NCBI GenBank assembly: GCA_018645265.1
Contig: JABGOS010000063.1
Coordinates: 1-59,997, forward strand
DNA: 59,997 nucleotides
Direction: 5' to 3'
Source of the DNA: Deltaproteobacteria bacterium
GTDB taxonomy: Bacteria; UBA10199; 2-02-FULL-44-16; JAAZCA01
In this document: in pieces, positions 55,438 through 59,997 of the stretch
How positions within the stretch are numbered: position 1 is the first letter of the stretch
Layout: every line of letters starts with the position of its first letter
Notes under the pieces: model-generated
Seen by the model: the letters and a program-made list of their open reading frames with translations, nothing else
Databases searched by the model: none
What the model was told of the DNA's origin: nothing
Program-made: the position numbers and the translations under genes

Positions 55438-58230
55438 TTACAATACGCCAACGCACCTATTGCATATCGTTGGATGATCAGCAGTTTCACCGACTGAGGT
55501 ACAGTATTTCCAGCACCGTTCACATTTCTCACCCCTAGCCTTTTCAACCGCAACCTTTAAACCTTTTAGCTCATCACTTTCAATGTAGTGATCGCCGCCC
55601 GCGGTATCGAAGACCACGCCCGACACGATGAACAGGTCGTGAATATTATCTCCAAAGCCCTTCAAGAAATCCTTAAGCTCCTCATCACACTCAATCACCA
55701 CCTGTGCAGCCAATGAATTACCAATGAACTTCTCGGCCCTGGCCTCCTCAAGCGCCTTCATAACGGTCTGACGAATCTTCATCAGGCGTTCCCACTTCGA
55801 AAGAAGGGCTTTATCTGCACTATCACCTTTAGGCATCTCGGACAGAAAGACGGACTCAGGCTCGGTGCCATCCTTCGGCATCACGTTCCAGATTTCATCA
55901 GACGTAAATGAGAAGATTGGCGCCATCATCTTAGTAAGCGAAACTATAATCTTCCAAAGAACTGTCTGGGCCGAACGCCGGAGCTGCCCATCAGCCCTCT
56001 CTGCATACAGGCGATCCTTGAGGATATCGAGGTAGAACGACGACATCTCTACAGTGCAGAATCGATTGAGCGCATGGAAGATCGTATGAAATTCAAACTT
56101 ATCGTAGCCGTTTAACATCTTATCGGTAAGACGAGCGAGCTCAGCTAAAGCGTAGCGATCGATCTCCTCCATCTCCGATTCTGGAACCATATCCTTCTTG
56201 GGATCGAAATCGCTCAAGTTGCCAAGCATGTACCGCGCAGTGTTTCTCAATTTACGATATGCCTCAACGCAGCGTTTTAAGATCTCCTCTGAAAACCTAA
56301 TGTCATCCCGATAGTCCTCAGCCGCAACCCAAAGTCTTAAAATTTCTGCACCATGCTGATTGATCAGTTTTACTGGAGGCACATAGTTCTTCGCCGACTT
56401 GGAGTACTTCCTTCCACTACCATCTACAACCATTCCGTGCGTTAGCACACGCTTATATGGAGCCCTCTTCCGCGTACCTATGGAAGTAAGGAGTGATGTG
56501 TGAAACCAACCCCTGTGCTGATCACTTCCTTCCAGATAGAGATCCGCCTGCTCCTCGAGATGCTCCTTCTGTTCAAGAACTGCAGCATAGGAAACTCCTG
56601 AATCAAACCAGACATCCAGAATATCAGGTTCCTTACCGAAGCGTTCCTTCTCTCCACAGGAGGGACACTTGAAGTTTTTCGGTTTGAAGTCGGCGGCAGG
56701 ATGTTTGAACCATGCATCCGCCCCTTCTTTGGAAAACAGCTCGACAGCGTTGTCGACCAGTTCGGTGGTCGTATGAGATGAACCACACGCTTCACAGACG
56801 AGCGCAATAACCGGGACTCCCCAAAGGCGCTGCCTCGATATACACCAATCCGGCCGTGCCGAAATCATTCCACTTATTCTCTGTTCACCCCAAGGCGGAA
56901 TCCATTGCACCTTTGTGATGGCATCAAGCGCCTTCTTGCGCAGCTCGTTCTTCTTCATCGAGATGAACCACTGATCGGTAACACGGAAGATAATCGGACG
57001 TTTGCATCTCCAACAATGCGGATATGAGTGGCTGATCTCGTGGGTGTGGATTAGCGAATCGTTCTCAACCATCTTATCGATGATCATCTGATTTGCATCC
57101 TCGACGAATACACCCTCCAACCATGACAGACCACATTCGTTCGTAAACTTTCCTGCATCGTTTACCGGAGCTAATATCTCCAACCCATACTGCTGACCTA
57201 TATCAAAATCCTCTTGGCCATGGCCTGGCGCTGTATGAACAGCTCCAGTTCCAGCTTCGAGAGTAACATGTTCACCGAGTATGATCAGGGATTCACGGTC
57301 GATAAGAGGATGTCTGCAACGCTTATGCTCCAACTCCTTCGCGCTGGGTTTTCCAACTATCGTGGAATAACCCTTTCCAACAGATTCCATCACAGAATCG
57401 AGCAAACCTTCAGCGAGGATCCATACCTCACCATCCACCTTAACAGCAACGTAAGGAAGTTCCGGGTTTAGCGCGATACCCAAGTTTGCCGGAATCGTCC
57501 ATGGGGTGGTCGTCCAAATTACAACCGAGATCTTCTCATCGCCAAGCTTCCACTTTTTTCTAAATTTCTCATCGTCGATGAGTTTAAATTTCACGTAAAT
57601 TGACGGGGATGAATGATCTTTATATTCCACCTCCGCCTCAGCGAGCGCTGTCTTACAGGATGCACACCAGTAGATCGGCCTCTTTCCCTTATAGAGGGAA
57701 CCGCTCTTAACGAACTTTCCAAATTCCCTAGCGATCGACGCCTCATAATCGTAGGTCATCGTGAGATAAGGATCGTCCCATCTTGCAAAGACTCCGAGCC
57801 TTTTAAACTCCTCTCGCTGGATGTCGACAAAGCCCCTCGCATGTTCCCTGCACTCCTCCCTCACATCAACTGGATCCATCGTATGCTTCTTTGGACCCAA
57901 CTTTTTCTCAACGCCGAGCTCAATAGGAAGGCCGTGACAATCCCACCCAGGAACGAATTCACACCTGTAGCCGCTCATATTCTTATACTTGACCACGATG
58001 TCCTTCAAAATTTTATTGAGTATCGTTCCAAGATGAAGTCCTCCATTCGCATATGGAGGACCGTCATGCATTATATATGCAGGAGACTTTGCGTTCTTTT
58101 CAATAATGCGCTCGTACATCTTCTCCTCGTACCAGCGCTCAAGCTGTTTCGGTTCACGTTCCGAAAGATTTCCTTTCATAGGAAACTCTGTCTTCGGAAG
58201 GTTCAATGTATCCTTGTAACTCTTTTCCAT
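55438..58230 (-). CDS. ileS: isoleucine--tRNA ligase (type 1, C-terminal zinc finger)
   Basis: PPYANGGLHLGT (HIGH region), KYSKS (KMSKS), the editing domain, and CERC...CNRC at the C-terminus; 930 aa. Confidence 0.96.
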   Translation of the reverse strand: MEKSYKDTLNLPKTEFPMKGNLSEREPKQLERWYEEKMYERIIEKNAKSPAYIMHDGPPYANGGLHLGTILNKILKDIVVKYKNMSGYRCEFVPGWDCHGLPIELGVEKKLGPKKHTMDPVDVREECREHARGFVDIQREEFKRLGVFARWDDPYLTMTYDYEASIAREFGKFVKSGSLYKGKRPIYWCASCKTALAEAEVEYKDHSSPSIYVKFKLIDDEKFRKKWKLGDEKISVVIWTTTPWTIPANLGIALNPELPYVAVKVDGEVWILAEGLLDSVMESVGKGYSTIVGKPSAKELEHKRCRHPLIDRESLIILGEHVTLEAGTGAVHTAPGHGQEDFDIGQQYGLEILAPVNDAGKFTNECGLSWLEGVFVEDANQMIIDKMVENDSLIHTHEISHSYPHCWRCKRPIIFRVTDQWFISMKKNELRKKALDAITKVQWIPPWGEQRISGMISARPDWCISRQRLWGVPVIALVCEACGSSHTTTELVDNAVELFSKEGADAWFKHPAADFKPKNFKCPSCGEKERFGKEPDILDVWFDSGVSYAAVLEQKEHLEEQADLYLEGSDQHRGWFHTSLLTSIGTRKRAPYKRVLTHGMVVDGSGRKYSKSAKNYVPPVKLINQHGAEILRLWVAAEDYRDDIRFSEEILKRCVEAYRKLRNTARYMLGNLSDFDPKKDMVPESEMEEIDRYALAELARLTDKMLNGYDKFEFHTIFHALNRFCTVEMSSFYLDILKDRLYAERADGQLRRSAQTVLWKIIVSLTKMMAPIFSFTSDEIWNVMPKDGTEPESVFLSEMPKGDSADKALLSKWERLMKIRQTVMKALEEARAEKFIGNSLAAQVVIECDEELKDFLKGFGDNIHDLFIVSGVVFDTAGGDHYIESDELKGLKVAVEKARGEKCERCWKYCTSVGETADHPTICNRCVGVL

Positions 58231-58343
58231 AATTCACCTATGACTTATGACACGGACCTAAAAGGCCGGTGCAACCTGCCCAACCCTGAAGGTTGTATTG
58301 CATACTACGCAATACAACTCCTGGAGTTAGAACATGGTCTCAA

Positions 58344-58829
58344 TTATTCCGAAATACCTACGTTAGATATATCCGGAGGAGACTTCCTAAGAAAATCCCC
58401 TATGGATGCCAAGACCTTTTTTTCCTCCCGCCCTGTGCTGACCTGGTTTTCCACGAGGCCCTTCAGGCGAGAGCCTATCTTCACCAAAGTCCTGCCACTG
58501 CCGGTATGGACATATATATCGAGCTGGTAGTAGGAGTTTATTACACCATAATCGCATTTTTCGAAGAGCCATACGCAATGGGAATCCGATTTGACCGGTA
58601 CCCAGGTGGTAGTGACAAGCCCCTGATGCAGATTCTCGCTGCTGATCGGGTAGTCATGTTCATTTAATGCCCATCTAATTGCGTAATACACCTCATTTGC
58701 CGAAGCTGCATAATCGCGACTCCACCTTCTTCCATCTGTGTATTCGCGCGAATCGATGAGCGGTTTTGCACAGGATGCAAATGCTATCGAAATCAGAATA
58801 AGTGCTATCGAAAAAGACCTAAACATCAT
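58344..58829 (-). CDS. hypothetical lipoprotein (161 aa)
   Basis: Lipobox MMFRSFSIALILISIAFASC. Only a 5-nt gap to the upstream lgt copy 2. Confidence 0.55.
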   Translation of the reverse strand: MMFRSFSIALILISIAFASCAKPLIDSREYTDGRRWSRDYAASANEVYYAIRWALNEHDYPISSENLHQGLVTTTWVPVKSDSHCVWLFEKCDYGVINSYYQLDIYVHTGSGRTLVKIGSRLKGLVENQVSTGREEKKVLASIGDFLRKSPPDISNVGISE

Positions 58830-58834
58830 ACCCC

Positions 58835-59629
58835 CTATTTAACCTCACAACCCCTCTTCCAGAGCTTGATATACATAAATAAGCCGACAGCAAAGAGCAA
58901 TATAGAAAGACTCTGCGAAGTTGAAAGCCACGGATCTATTACAAAACCCCTCTCGAAATCGCCCCGGAAGAATTCATTGAAATACCTGAGGACCGCATAG
59001 AGCATCAGATAGGTCGCCATCAGCTGGCCATCGAACCTCTTAAAGCGCCTGACTATCATCAGTATTGAGAGTATTATCAGCTCACCTGTAACCTCCATGA
59101 GCTGTGTTGGAAAGAGTGGCGTTCCGCCAGGTGCGAAGGAGTCAACAACTCCAGGGAAGGTAAGTGAATACCATGCCCCGTGCGATGCCTCTCGCCCATA
59201 GCAACATCCCGCCATAAGGCAACCTATCCTGCCAACTGCATGGCCGATCGATATCGCCGGCGCGAAGATATCTAGCGTAATCAGGAGCTTCATCTTATGA
59301 CGCCTGATAAACCAAACGGCAACGAGCAAGCAGCAGATAAGCCCACCATAGAAAACGAGCCCTCCGCGCCAGACCTGAAAGAGTATCAACGGATTCTGAA
59401 AGAACTCGGTTCGCTGGCTGATAAAAACATGAAAGACCCTCGATCCAACTATCGCAGCTATGAGCAGATAGAATACGAGATCTAGCATCTTCGCGGGGTC
59501 CTGCCCTAAGCGCTTGCTCTCATGCACCGCCCAGCTTATTCCCAGAACGAAACCGGTCGCAACGAGGACGCCGTAAGTGTGTATAGTGATACCACCGAAG
59601 AGCGGAATTTTGAATAATACTGGATACAT
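58835..59629 (-). CDS. lgt: prolipoprotein diacylglyceryl transferase (copy 2)
   Basis: MYPVLFKIP.....I.TYG, GRIGCLMAGCCYG and FNEFFRGD; 264 aa. Confidence 0.88.
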   Translation of the reverse strand: MYPVLFKIPLFGGITIHTYGVLVATGFVLGISWAVHESKRLGQDPAKMLDLVFYLLIAAIVGSRVFHVFISQRTEFFQNPLILFQVWRGGLVFYGGLICCLLVAVWFIRRHKMKLLITLDIFAPAISIGHAVGRIGCLMAGCCYGREASHGAWYSLTFPGVVDSFAPGGTPLFPTQLMEVTGELIILSILMIVRRFKRFDGQLMATYLMLYAVLRYFNEFFRGDFERGFVIDPWLSTSQSLSILLFAVGLFMYIKLWKRGCEVK

Positions 59630-59777
59630 AGCTGATTTTTATAGGGAATATACCCTGGAAAGTAAAGGGAAATGAATTCCGGATATTAAATACCTCGAAG
59701 ATCAAGGACCGTGAAGGGGTGACGAAACTGCCGCGAGCAGAATCACACAACACCCTAAAGAGGATGTCTCAAAAAAC

Positions 59778-59993
59778 TTACACAGACCTACTCTTAAGCC
59801 ACAGGAATTTCTTCGCAATTTCTTTCAAACGACCACCATGTCTGAGCGGCTGAAAGAACTGACTTCTACTATTACCACCAGTACTGATGGTTGTAACAAA
59901 CTCATGAATCACTCGTTTTAAATGGCCTATCAAAATGCGATCATTAGCACTTACAGAATCCTGAATTTCATCCAAGCCATCGGACATATTCAT
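59778..59993 (-). CDS. hypothetical ORF at the window edge (possibly 5'-truncated by the window)
   Basis: Only an ORF call. The frame may continue beyond nt 59997. No motif recognised. Confidence 0.2.
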   Translation of the reverse strand: MNMSDGLDEIQDSVSANDRILIGHLKRVIHEFVTTISTGGNSRSQFFQPLRHGGRLKEIAKKFLWLKSRSV

Positions 59994-59997
59994 AAGC

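Overview
A 60-kb chromosomal window of roughly 45% GC by eye. It appears to come from an uncultivated diderm bacterium (Lgt/LspA lipoprotein pathway, several lipobox proteins). I cannot assign a phylum from sequence alone. All calls rest on motif recognition in the supplied translations and on reading the DNA; no database search was possible.

Backbone: tightly packed housekeeping genes, about three quarters on the minus strand.
- tRNA-Gly(CCC) and a DEAD-box helicase
- archease, agcS-like symporter, peptidase, membrane protein, rtcB
- ndk, gyrA, hup
- a TatD/radical-SAM fusion, suhB, comF, rsfS, obg, rpmA, rplU, rng
- a TIGR03960-like radical SAM protein, rimO, ychF
- a dapL-like aminotransferase, lexA, nth, a CPBP protease
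- lgt, lspA, ileS and a second lgt

Lineage-specific material embedded in this backbone:
1. A 19-nt perfect palindrome, AAAAGTGTC-N-GACACTTTT, is present nine times at five loci, mostly as doublets with 25- or 34-bp spacing. The copies sit at the borders of the unusual genes.
2. An uninterrupted 9.3-kb ORFan (about 3,080 aa) has no domain I recognise. It is bracketed by these palindromes and wedged between the rSAM-rng operon and rimO.
3. Three paralogous ~330-370-aa proteins of unknown function lie next to a membrane protein / THEP1-like NTPase / B12-radical-SAM cluster.
4. A diverged duplicate of the helicase 3' end flanks an FG-GAP lipoprotein gene.
5. rimO carries CxxxCxxR in place of the radical-SAM CxxxCxxC motif.
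6. A perfect 20-bp GAAC-N4-GTTC palindrome overlaps a promoter between lexA and a divergent operon that ends in a short SRAP-like gene.

I saw no transposase, integrase, phage genes, CRISPR array or rRNA.
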